A stretch of 28,222 nt of DNA from Deltaproteobacteria bacterium TL4. Its GTDB lineage: Bacteria > SAR324 > NAC60-12. The position numbers were made by a program, and so were the translations under genes. Position 1 is the stretch's first letter; every line of letters begins with the position of its first letter. The stretch lies in contig JBBCAX010000158.1 in the NCBI GenBank assembly GCA_051382335.1, positions 1-28,222 of the forward strand, read 5' to 3'. Under the pieces are notes generated by a model that saw nothing but the letters and a program-made list of their open reading frames with translations, had not been told where the DNA came from and searched no databases. Below, piece by piece: positions 1 through 8,716 of the stretch.

Positions 1-23
1 TTTTTCAGGCCAAACCTATCATT
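1..23. repeat. 23-bp terminal direct repeat, left copy (TTTTTCAGGCCAAACCTATCATT)
   Basis: Identical to positions 28200-28222, the last 23 bases of the window. Confidence 0.95.
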
Positions 24-171
24 AATTCTAATACGACTTTATAAGTCTCTGATTTTATTCAGGAGTAATATTGAGCAAATTGTTCAAAGTCGAGTAACTT
101 AGAAATGAATTAATTATTTCCTATAAACGTTAATTTTATTACATTAAGGGAATTTCCGTTCCAAAAAGAAG

Positions 172-356
172 GGCACCTTTCAAAAATACAGAAAAGTAGT
201 AGTTTACATTTAATCATCGTCACTTCTTTCTTTATTTTAACGCAAGGACGCCAGGACGCCAGGAACGCAAAGGGTTTTAAAATATTTCTTTGCGCTCTTT
301 GCGTCTTTGCGACTTTGCGTTAAAGATCAACTGTCCACTGAAAAATGAAAGGTGCC
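172..356. mobile_element. 185-bp non-autonomous miniature element (MITE)
   Basis: Perfect 11-bp terminal inverted repeats GGCACCTTTCA (172-182) and TGAAAGGTGCC (346-356), flanked by an 8-bp direct repeat AAAAGAAG (164-171 and 357-364). No ORF. GGC-starting ends with an 8-bp TSD are typical of IS1595/IS6-type elements. Confidence 0.85.
236..324. repeat. REP-like imperfect palindrome built from short tandem units
   Basis: Left arm TTTAACGCAAGG-ACGCCAGG-ACGCCAGG-AACGCAAAG (236-272) pairs imperfectly with right arm CTTTGCGCT-CTTTGCGT-CTTTGCGA-CTTTGCGTTAAA (288-324) around an AT-rich loop. Confidence 0.8.
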
Positions 357-479
357 AAAAGAAGATTCAGATTTTTTTAAAACAGTGTAATCTGTGCCGT
401 GAGCCATTATAAACGAAAACACAACCTGAAGCCGTTACCCAAACGTGTGATCGAAATCATTTTGATTGTGAGGAGTACC

Positions 480-2081
480 ATGAAATTTAAACGGAACACA
501 AGGATGTTTGTTCAACTTGTCGGATTTGTGTTCGTCTTTTTGGGGGCCTGTTATCGGGATTCGACAACCCAAGTGCCCCTTGCCAGTGATGAAAAACTCT
601 ACAGGATTGGCGGTTTTGTCCGAAGTATTTCAGGGACTGTGAACCTGCAGAATAATGAGTCGGATTTTCTGGAAATCAGGTCTGAAGGTTCCTTTACGTT
701 TGAACAACCCTTGGCGAATGGGTCAACATACCAGGTCACAATCAAACAGAAATCTGAAAATCTGGGATGCGAGCTGACGCATGAAACGGGAGTGGTTGAG
801 AACAAAGATGTCGATGATATTGAGGTCTCCTGCGGCGAAAAGACAAGGGTCACGTTCAAAGGCGTGGTTGTCGGACTTGACGGCAGTTTGACGCTACAAA
901 CGTCAACGAATGAGATGGTTTTCCTGGAACAAAATGGAAATTTTGAAGCAACGCTTTCGTTAGTGGAAGGCTTCTCATATATTTGGGGAATTTTTTCTCA
1001 GCCGGAATCACAGGTTTGCCGTATAGAAAACGGAAGTGGTATTGTTTCCATAAACAACAACACCGAAGTTCTGATTTTTTGTGATCCTACTTCAATACAG
1101 AATTCTTGGAAAAAAGCCTATGCACACATGGTTTATCTCTCTAAAACATTGGGAAAACGTGTTGCGGGAAGTGCGAATGATGTACTGGCGAAAGATTATA
1201 TTACTCATGAGTTGGAAAAGATAGGCTATGAAGTAAGGCTGCAAACTTTTCGTTTAGAGTCCATTTCTCAACGGCAACGAGGCGTGGAACTAACCCCTTC
1301 CTCTTCAAAATCATTCAATATCATTGCTAAAAAGGCAGGCACTGCTTCAGAGACGTTGATCGTAGGGGGACATTATGATTCCGTTCAAGAATGCGGAGGC
1401 ACAGGTGCTTCAGACAATGCGTCAGGGATGGGGATTCTCTTAGAGATTGCAAGGCAACTTTATCGTAAAACACTCCCCATCAGTGTGGAATTTATTGCCT
1501 TTGGTGCCGAGGAAAAAGGCCTTCAGGGTTCTGAATATTTTGTCAACAACAGGACAGCTCAAGAGCTTGAAAACACGGTTGCGATGATCAATTTAGATAC
1601 GCTGGCAGGGGGGGATAAACTTTATGTTCATGGTGGTACCGCACCATCAGACTGGGTTAAGGATCAAGCCTTAAAATCAGCGGAAGAAACAGGAAACGTG
1701 CTCCATGTTAATCCTGGCTTCAACAAATCCTATCCTAAAGGCACCACAGGCTTATGGAGTGATCATGCCGCTTTTGCGGCAAAAGGCATCCCTTTTGCGG
1801 TCTTTGAAGCCACCAATTGGGACATTGGAGACCAAGATGGTTTTGAACAAACTGAAACTCAGGGAGCGATTTGGCATACGGATAAAGATGCTTTGGAGTT
1901 CATAGAAGCCGCTTTTCCTGGGCGGATAGAAAAACAATTAAAAATTACGCTTGAAATTTTGAACCATTGGATCCCTACTTTTCAGGTCCAGAAAGTAGCC
2001 AGAACTGAAAAAATCCGGGTTCAAGCCGATTTTCTCCAACGAAGTTCCAGGTATCCGGCTTATCGCCTCAAGTGCGATTAG
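480..2081 (+). CDS. M28 family (Iap-like) aminopeptidase lipoprotein with two N-terminal Ig-like repeats
   Basis: M28 motifs GGHYDS, GASDNASG, AEEKGLQGS, INLDT, SDH and WH. The C-terminal EATNW...DG...PGRIE segment resembles E. coli Iap. Lipobox FLGAC follows a hydrophobic stretch. Start set at ATG 480 because of RBS AGGAG at 471-475 (the ORF track starts at GTG 399). Confidence 0.88.
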   Translation: MKFKRNTRMFVQLVGFVFVFLGACYRDSTTQVPLASDEKLYRIGGFVRSISGTVNLQNNESDFLEIRSEGSFTFEQPLANGSTYQVTIKQKSENLGCELTHETGVVENKDVDDIEVSCGEKTRVTFKGVVVGLDGSLTLQTSTNEMVFLEQNGNFEATLSLVEGFSYIWGIFSQPESQVCRIENGSGIVSINNNTEVLIFCDPTSIQNSWKKAYAHMVYLSKTLGKRVAGSANDVLAKDYITHELEKIGYEVRLQTFRLESISQRQRGVELTPSSSKSFNIIAKKAGTASETLIVGGHYDSVQECGGTGASDNASGMGILLEIARQLYRKTLPISVEFIAFGAEEKGLQGSEYFVNNRTAQELENTVAMINLDTLAGGDKLYVHGGTAPSDWVKDQALKSAEETGNVLHVNPGFNKSYPKGTTGLWSDHAAFAAKGIPFAVFEATNWDIGDQDGFEQTETQGAIWHTDKDALEFIEAAFPGRIEKQLKITLEILNHWIPTFQVQKVARTEKIRVQADFLQRSSRYPAYRLKCD

Positions 2082-2139
2082 TGGGTCGTTATGAGATAAG
2101 TGGAATCCTCTTCTAAAAATTTAATATCAACAGGTAGGA

Positions 2140-3378
2140 ATGACTGTCGAAGTTGAGAAACGTCTGAAAGGCACCCAAAAAGGGGCTATTGTTCAAGAGT
2201 TATTCATGAATAGTATCCATTTTCCTTTAGCCAATATTTTTCTGGAACTGCTGATTGAGGGGCCAGAAAAATATTTAAGGGAATCCGACCTTTCAGCCAT
2301 GCTGATAGCTTGTTTAGTTCAATCGTATTTTTTGGGGACATGGCAGTATCATGGGAAATCGCATCGTTTTATAGGAAATGTGATTGCCCCCGCGATTTAT
2401 ACTCTGTTTGGATGCTTCCTCGATGGAATGGACTTTTTTTCCAGTCCACACCATTTCGCTTACTGGGGGTTTTCTCTCAGTATTGGGTTACTTCAGGAAA
2501 TGGGTCATCACCAATCAGGTTTTTTTTCGGATATCCTAACGATTTTAGAACATGTGGTTCGTACCTGTATTTTATTAGTCATGTATGGTCTTTTTGAAGC
2601 CATGACAGAAACGGACTATAATTCAATTGCTGGATTCTTGTCAAATGCGAGTCATCTCTATGTCGCCATAGTGATCCCCCTCCTGGGACTCGTCATTGGT
2701 TTTACGAATGTAATTTCGAAACGATATTTGACACTTCTTCAACAGACCGCCGAACAGCTCCGCAAGTATTCTGAATGGTTACTGGGAAGAGAACTTCTTT
2801 CGAATTCAATTAAGGATATCAACACGTTGGCACTTCAACGAAGAGAACGAACTGTATTTTTTATGGATATACGAGGGTTTACAAGTTGGAGTGAAAATAA
2901 ACCGCCAGAGGTGGTTGTCGAAATGCTGAACTCGTATTTTGAAAAGACGGAACAAGTCTGGAATGCGTCCGAAGTGATCAAAACAAAACATACGGCGGAT
3001 GAAATCATGGCCGTATTTCCAACCGAGCAAAATGCTCTTGAAAGCGCGATTAAAATCAACAAGGAAATTAGCGCGTTTTTAAAACCCTATGAGTTATCGG
3101 CAGGGATAGGGATTCATCAAGGGGAATTAGTCGAGGGCTTGATTGGTAGCAAAGATGTTAAGATGTATGATGTTATCGGTGATACCGTTAACACCGCAAA
3201 AAGGATCTGTGATCAAGCATTAGGTGGTGAAATCCTGATTTCTCAGGAGGTTTATGCCAAATTGGAAACGCTTGTGCGGGTTCATGATCCAAGATTTCTA
3301 AAAGCCAAAGGAAAAAGTGATCTTCTCAAAGTGTTCCCCGTTCAAGGCTTAAAACAGGAGAAACTCGCTGAAAGCTAA
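2140..3378 (+). CDS. Membrane-bound class III adenylate/guanylate cyclase (about 6 TM helices plus catalytic domain)
   Basis: FMDIRGFTSWSE, K-H-T-A-D-E-I-M-A, GIGIHQG and YDVIGDTVNTAKRI motifs. The N-terminal ~200 aa are hydrophobic. RBS GGTAGG lies upstream. Confidence 0.9.
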   Translation: MTVEVEKRLKGTQKGAIVQELFMNSIHFPLANIFLELLIEGPEKYLRESDLSAMLIACLVQSYFLGTWQYHGKSHRFIGNVIAPAIYTLFGCFLDGMDFFSSPHHFAYWGFSLSIGLLQEMGHHQSGFFSDILTILEHVVRTCILLVMYGLFEAMTETDYNSIAGFLSNASHLYVAIVIPLLGLVIGFTNVISKRYLTLLQQTAEQLRKYSEWLLGRELLSNSIKDINTLALQRRERTVFFMDIRGFTSWSENKPPEVVVEMLNSYFEKTEQVWNASEVIKTKHTADEIMAVFPTEQNALESAIKINKEISAFLKPYELSAGIGIHQGELVEGLIGSKDVKMYDVIGDTVNTAKRICDQALGGEILISQEVYAKLETLVRVHDPRFLKAKGKSDLLKVFPVQGLKQEKLAES

Positions 3379-3528
3379 TAAACGTTGCCCCAAAGCGTCC
3401 GCAAGTTCAAGTGAGTTTCCTGACTTTCTAAAATGGTCTGATTTTTGTATTTCTTTTTTATAGGTTTCGAAAGCTCATGTTGATGAGCAAATTTTATCTA
3501 CGGATGACGTTTTTGTGGAAGGAGAGTT

Positions 3529-4251
3529 ATGCAAGTTCAAAATAATGCGGTACCAAATACGGAACAAAAGTCGATTTCGGCCAATAAGAACGTCAAACCG
3601 GATAAAACGGATCTACCCTCGAATCAAAATGTGAATCAGGGGCAGAATGCTGAGGTTCCGAAAGAAAAAACGGCGGAAGAGCGTGTTTCTGTATACCTCA
3701 AGGTTGTCTCCCGTTTAGAAGGTTTTATGGAACAAGGAGAATTGCCCACTAAAGCGATTGAAGGCTTTACCAAGGCGATTAGAAAAAGGCTGGAAGATCT
3801 GGGGGAGCAAGATAAAAAAACAATAGCCAATCTGCCTGAATTCAAACAATCAGGTGCTGAAAGCCTCGATAAATTACCGGATTTTCTTGAAAAGAAGCTA
3901 AACCATAGAGAATTGGACGAGGCCGTTCTTGCGCTACTCAAACAGCCTAAATTCGCAGAACTGATGGGAGCCAAACCGACATCACAGACTAGCACTTACA
4001 GTCCCAAAGATATGGTGGCAAAAAAAGCCGAGGGGGACGCAAAGCCTGCACCTCAACCGAATTTACAGGAAATTTCCAAGCGAGCCAATCAAATGGTTCA
4101 GCAGGGAGCCGCAAACATCAAGAGTATGCCCATGAGCACTGAGTCTTCTTCAAAGGTTGCGCAGGAAAATGTGACTGTTGTGGATTCAACAAACGCGTCC
4201 CCTATAAAATCAGCGCCTCAAACCATGAATGTGTCTGCTGAGGCTGCCTAA
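3529..4251 (+). CDS. Hypothetical protein (low-complexity termini, helical core)
   Basis: 240-aa ORF with a strong RBS (GGAAGGAG) just upstream. No recognisable motif. Confidence 0.75.
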   Translation: MQVQNNAVPNTEQKSISANKNVKPDKTDLPSNQNVNQGQNAEVPKEKTAEERVSVYLKVVSRLEGFMEQGELPTKAIEGFTKAIRKRLEDLGEQDKKTIANLPEFKQSGAESLDKLPDFLEKKLNHRELDEAVLALLKQPKFAELMGAKPTSQTSTYSPKDMVAKKAEGDAKPAPQPNLQEISKRANQMVQQGAANIKSMPMSTESSSKVAQENVTVVDSTNASPIKSAPQTMNVSAEAA

Positions 4252-4266
4252 CCGCGGTGGGATGGA

Positions 4267-4626
4267 TCAATTTTTATGATTTCCAGGTAAGTGGCCTTTA
4301 GGAACACCGATATAGAACGACCCTTCAATGTTTCCACCTTTTTTAATATTCAATCCCCCGGGTGGCGTATAAAAATCTCCTTTTACATCGCCATCCGCAA
4401 GGAGTGTGATTTTTTTCACCGCAGCGACATTACCCATGATTTTTCCGTTCACGACAATAGACTGAGCGTTCACCTTTCCATGAATTTTAGCAAAAGTTCC
4501 AATGGTGATTTCATGATTTCCTTGAATGAGACCATGGCACTCACCATCAATACGAGCAGGTCCTTCGCAAGTAATTTCACCTTCAATGTGCACATCCGGT
4601 GCGATGTAACTAGAGATGACTTTCAT
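4267..4626 (-). CDS. Bactofilin (polymer-forming cytoskeletal protein, DUF583)
   Basis: Typical beta-helix repeats: SYIAPDVHIEGEI, ARIDG, KIHGKVNAQSIVVNGKIMGNV, DVKGDF, LNIKKGGNIEG. Confidence 0.92.
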   Translation of the reverse strand: MKVISSYIAPDVHIEGEITCEGPARIDGECHGLIQGNHEITIGTFAKIHGKVNAQSIVVNGKIMGNVAAVKKITLLADGDVKGDFYTPPGGLNIKKGGNIEGSFYIGVPKGHLPGNHKN

Positions 4627-5053
4627 AATCGTCCTGGTAATATGGTTCTATAGAGGTTCCTTTAATAAAGGAAAAAGAAGATCTGAGAGCCTCGAGTTCC
4701 GTCCCGAGAAGTCAAAATATCCTTAAAGAAGATTTTTTATCCTCTCCAATTGGAGAGTCTTGCGTACTTATTAAAAAAAATCAATTCAATTAAGGCCTGA
4801 GTTCAATTTGATGTTCCTTTTGAGAACAGTGTCTGGAATTTGAAAAACCTCCATTCCTGATCGTAGTAAAATTTGATTATTGTTTAGTTACTGCCGTTTT
4901 TCATGGGAAATTTCATTACCTCATTGCAACCAGCCCTGAAAAACGATAGGGAAAGGAGAAATGGCTCAATTTTTGATAGGATGTTATTAAGTGCACGACT
5001 ATCGACAGGAGCCGGTTGATAAGGCTTCATTTGATTTTTTTATGAGGGTTTAC

Positions 5054-6295
5054 ATGAACGAATACAGACGAGGGGTTCGCCTGACTTTAGACGATTTTTC
5101 CAAAGTACACATTTCAAATGCTCCTGAACAGGTGACCCCTCTGGAACTCTCTTTGGAAGGAATCCGCATTCAAACACCTATAGCCTTGAAACCCAATACG
5201 GACATTGATCTCTTTCTCTTTAACAAAACACTCCGCACCAAAGCCAGAGTCCGTTGGGTAAAAACCGCTGTAGAGGATGATAACCTTTATGAAGTTGGAC
5301 TTCAAATGGAATATCTCGATTTTTCCATTTTGGAATATGTTGTGAGACAAAACGCGAAGAACTCAAAGGATACCCAGGTCTTAGTTCTGACGCCTGTTGA
5401 ATTTTCGGCAGAATCCCTTGATGTTTATTTGCAGCTCACAAACTTGGGAATCCAGTCCACCATTTCTCCGGAAGAGGTCTCGAACTATTTAAATCAGCAA
5501 GAGTGGGACTTGTTGCTGCTGGATGTGGATTTGATAGATAATACGCAGTTGCTGGAAGATCTTCGTTCACGTCAAGAATTCTCCTTCATGCCCATCGTTT
5601 TACTGACACAGACGATCACTAAAGAGATTATCAAATTGCGTTCGTCTCATATGTTTCTTGAAATATTAACCAAACCCGTTGAGGCTCATGACCTTTTGAG
5701 ACGGATTGTTACGCTGATGGAACAAACGGCCCGTTATCTGGCGATGGAAAGTAACAGAAAACAGGTAGAAAAGGAGCTCGCAAATGTTCAGCAATCCATG
5801 CAGAGTCAAAATCAGGAAATGATGAACATGCTTTCTCAGGTAATGCAACAGTCTGAGTCTATGGGACAAATTATCCAACTTCAGGAAGCGTTATCGGATC
5901 TCAACTCGGTTTCTGAAGTGATTCATTTTGCGCAACAATGGGCGTTTCAGAATTTTGATGTGAAAACCAATATTTGGGATTGTTCCCACGAACCCTTTCT
6001 CCCCCTGGGAGATCAGCCTGAACCGCATTTTAAGCTCAGTCCCCATCAAAGAGTTGCTCTCATTCAAAGGTTGTTTAATCGACGGACCAATATTTTACTG
6101 GATGACCTGGTATTGATTCGGAAGAATAATTTTGTCCTGGAAGTTGTGTCTGAAACCACCCAAAAGGATATTATTGATTCCCTGACTTTTTTTATGAAAG
6201 TTGTAACGCCTGTAATCCAGGGAAAGAGTCAAAAGCAAGAATTACGAGAAGCGAATCAGAAGCTAAGAGAAAGTTTAAATGCCTCTAACCTTTAA
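5054..6295 (+). CDS. PilZ-domain / receiver-like response regulator with coiled coil and uncharacterised C-terminal domain
   Basis: N-terminal RRGVR and ELSLEG PilZ-type motifs, plus ARVRW...YEVGLQ. REC features WDLLLLD, PIVLLT, LTKPV. Start set at ATG 5054 after GAGGG (ORF track starts at GTG 4991). Confidence 0.78.
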   Translation: MNEYRRGVRLTLDDFSKVHISNAPEQVTPLELSLEGIRIQTPIALKPNTDIDLFLFNKTLRTKARVRWVKTAVEDDNLYEVGLQMEYLDFSILEYVVRQNAKNSKDTQVLVLTPVEFSAESLDVYLQLTNLGIQSTISPEEVSNYLNQQEWDLLLLDVDLIDNTQLLEDLRSRQEFSFMPIVLLTQTITKEIIKLRSSHMFLEILTKPVEAHDLLRRIVTLMEQTARYLAMESNRKQVEKELANVQQSMQSQNQEMMNMLSQVMQQSESMGQIIQLQEALSDLNSVSEVIHFAQQWAFQNFDVKTNIWDCSHEPFLPLGDQPEPHFKLSPHQRVALIQRLFNRRTNILLDDLVLIRKNNFVLEVVSETTQKDIIDSLTFFMKVVTPVIQGKSQKQELREANQKLRESLNASNL

Positions 6296-6317
6296 GCTGT
6301 TAAGCGACAGCGATTAG

Positions 6318-7613
6318 CTATAGCTCGTCATTGATTTCGAATCCAACCAGGGTAATATCATCATTGAGTTTCATCTGTGGGTTTCCCATGTGGGTTAAAA
6401 TGCGGAGGTAGAGCGTTTCGATCAGCTCAGCCATGGGAAGGTCGCTATGGGCTTTCAGGGCTTCTTTCAAACGCTTTTTCCCAAACATTTCACCATGGGG
6501 ATTGGTGGTTTCCAGGATGCCATCAGTATACATGAGGACTTTATCCCCCGGAAACAGCGAAAGGCTAAGGTCCTCAAAGAGAGGCATGTCTTCAAAAGAT
6601 CCAAGAATCGTTCCACCTGTTTTGAGTGGTAGGAGTTCCTGTGTTTTGTGTCGAAGGAGGTAGCCTTCAGGGTGTCCGGCTGAGGAAAATTTCAGAGTTT
6701 GGGTTTTTGCGTCGTAGATGCAATAGGCCGCGGTGACAAACTTGTTACCCTGTATTTTCTTCAGGAGCGCTTCATTGAGCTTTTTTAGCGCTATTGTGGG
6801 AGAGTGAACACCTGGGGCAAAGGTCTTGAATAATCCTGAGACCAGAAAAGTGAGGAGCGCCGCTTCGACACCGTGTCCTGTGACATCCGCGATAAAAATC
6901 CCCACTTTTTCTTCTCTAAAATCAAGAAAATCATAAAGATCTCCGCCAAGTTGATCCATGGGCATATATTTGGAGGCCAGTCGGACTGAGGCAAGTTTTG
7001 TTTTTAAATGGGGCAGAAGCGAGAGCTGAGTGATTCTGGCTTGTGCCAATTCCTGTTCGATTTGAGTTTGAGCTTGTGTCAGATTGGTTGTGGCCTGAAT
7101 GAGGTGGTTATTCAGCTCCGTTTGCATCAAGAGGCTCTCTTTCAAATCTTCGTTAATGGCATCGAGCTCCTGATTTTTGGTATCCAATTCGATTTCTATC
7201 TTTTTTTGGCGGATGGCGTAGCGGATCGCGCGTTCCAGCAAAACAGTGTTGATTTCCCTTTTTACCAGATAATCTGTCGCACCGGTTTCCATCGCCTTAA
7301 CATCCACATCCATATCCTCGTTAGCTGTTAACAGGATCATGGGAGCCTTGCATCCACGCGCTATCGATTCTCGAATGATTTCAATGCCCGTTACCCCATC
7401 GCCAAGATAATAATCGATCAGATACACATCATGCCGAAAATCCATAATGGCTTGGATTGCGGAATCATACGTTCCTTCCCAGTCCAGCTTAAATCGATTT
7501 CTGTTTTTGCCAAGCATCTTCCGAACAATGAGATAGAGGGATTCATCATCATCAACAAGAAGAACCTTGAGGAGAGGGGCCTTTTGATTTTCAATGGAAG
7601 TGGATTTCAACAT
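6318..7613 (-). CDS. Response regulator-PP2C/SpoIIE (RsbU-like) serine phosphatase
   Basis: REC (VLLVDDD, YLIDYYL, DYLVK), then a coiled coil, then SpoIIE motifs GGDLYDF, IADVTGHG, SAGHP, YTDGILE and DDITLV. Start is ATG 7613 or TTG 7619, overlapping the upstream gene. Confidence 0.93.
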   Translation of the reverse strand: MLKSTSIENQKAPLLKVLLVDDDESLYLIVRKMLGKNRNRFKLDWEGTYDSAIQAIMDFRHDVYLIDYYLGDGVTGIEIIRESIARGCKAPMILLTANEDMDVDVKAMETGATDYLVKREINTVLLERAIRYAIRQKKIEIELDTKNQELDAINEDLKESLLMQTELNNHLIQATTNLTQAQTQIEQELAQARITQLSLLPHLKTKLASVRLASKYMPMDQLGGDLYDFLDFREEKVGIFIADVTGHGVEAALLTFLVSGLFKTFAPGVHSPTIALKKLNEALLKKIQGNKFVTAAYCIYDAKTQTLKFSSAGHPEGYLLRHKTQELLPLKTGGTILGSFEDMPLFEDLSLSLFPGDKVLMYTDGILETTNPHGEMFGKKRLKEALKAHSDLPMAELIETLYLRILTHMGNPQMKLNDDITLVGFEINDEL

Positions 7614-8703
7614 TTTCAAGATAATCTATGAGTTCGTTAATCAAGTCTTGGAGTTTTGACACGTTTTTCAGGTCTACGGCTTTTTCAAGCTCGGCGCCCA
7701 ATTCGTTAATGAATTTTAAGCCATGCGCTCCTTTTATACGGTACACCAAATTTCGAATTGTCGCAAAATCTTCTTGCTTCAGGGCTGCGTTAATTTTTTG
7801 TGCTTCCTTATATTTTATTTCAAGGACCTCATAAATGATCTCATCCAATTCCTGGTTGACGACCGCAATATACTTTAAGGCATCAGGCACAACGCTGTTT
7901 TTAGGCGTTGCTTTGCCACGAGGCTTGATGATCGGCGTTTGAGACAACGTCTTTTCAGAAATGTCTAAAATTTCATTAACGCTCTTCAGTAGCGTGTTCC
8001 CCGCATAAATAAGAGAGGAGACTTTAGCTTTCTGCTCTTGCTGAAGTGATGTACTTTCAAGATGTTTCAAGTCCTTGATGAGGGTATTCACGAGCGATTG
8101 AACTTCGCTTTTTTTTGTAAAAATACCTTCTACCCGAGAAAATTTATTCATGGTTCTGATCTGCTCTCCAAGTTCCTCAATTGTATTTTCAAGTACGACT
8201 TGAGTGTCCAGCAGGCGAGCATTCGTGGATTCATATAATTTGGCTTTATGGGTAGTAAGACTGAGCTTTTCTGTCAATATTTTGGCAAAAAGATGATATA
8301 AAAAATTTTGGAGGTCATCGGAATAGATATCTGAATATTCGCCCACTTCCTTTGAAGAAATACTGAAAACCTTGACAATACGAGTCGCAGCCATGATTGA
8401 CGCAGAACAAGGCTTGTGGTTAATGATACTCATTTCACCAAAGATATCGCCAACTCGCCGCAGCGTTAAAATCAAGGCGTTCTGTGCATAAACAGAGACT
8501 TCTCCGCGAATCAGGAAATATAATCGTGTATTGATATCTCCTTCTTTCAAAATGACGGCGTTCTGCGGATATTCCGAAAATTTTGCCAGTGGAATCAGTT
8601 TATTCAAAAAACTATCAGAGAACCCTTCAAAAATGCGGGCCTTCTTCAGATACGTTATGATTTCCTGATTGCTGTCGAATAAGAGGTTGTTTTCCACACT
8701 CAT
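7591..8703 (-). CDS. Cyclic nucleotide-binding domain protein with degenerate HisKA-like and HPt-like domains
   Basis: cNMP fold: IFEGFS...ILKEGD...LYFLIRGEVSV...GDIFGEMS. Middle segment QEQKAKVSSLIYAGNTLLKSVNEILDIS resembles HisKA helix 2. C-terminal DFATIRNLVYRIKGA...ELEKA resembles HPt. Start set at ATG 8703, 13 bp after the kinase stop. Confidence 0.82.
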   Translation of the reverse strand: MSVENNLLFDSNQEIITYLKKARIFEGFSDSFLNKLIPLAKFSEYPQNAVILKEGDINTRLYFLIRGEVSVYAQNALILTLRRVGDIFGEMSIINHKPCSASIMAATRIVKVFSISSKEVGEYSDIYSDDLQNFLYHLFAKILTEKLSLTTHKAKLYESTNARLLDTQVVLENTIEELGEQIRTMNKFSRVEGIFTKKSEVQSLVNTLIKDLKHLESTSLQQEQKAKVSSLIYAGNTLLKSVNEILDISEKTLSQTPIIKPRGKATPKNSVVPDALKYIAVVNQELDEIIYEVLEIKYKEAQKINAALKQEDFATIRNLVYRIKGAHGLKFINELGAELEKAVDLKNVSKLQDLINELIDYLENVEIHFH

Positions 8704-8716
8704 GATATTTTTCAAT

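Noticed and set aside
236..324. CRISPR array
   Set aside because: The units are ~8 bp, contiguous and palindromic, with no unique spacers and no cas genes.
6296..6311. Bidirectional terminator between convergent genes (GCTGT...ACAGC)
   Set aside because: Only a 5-bp stem with no U-tract, which is too weak to call.
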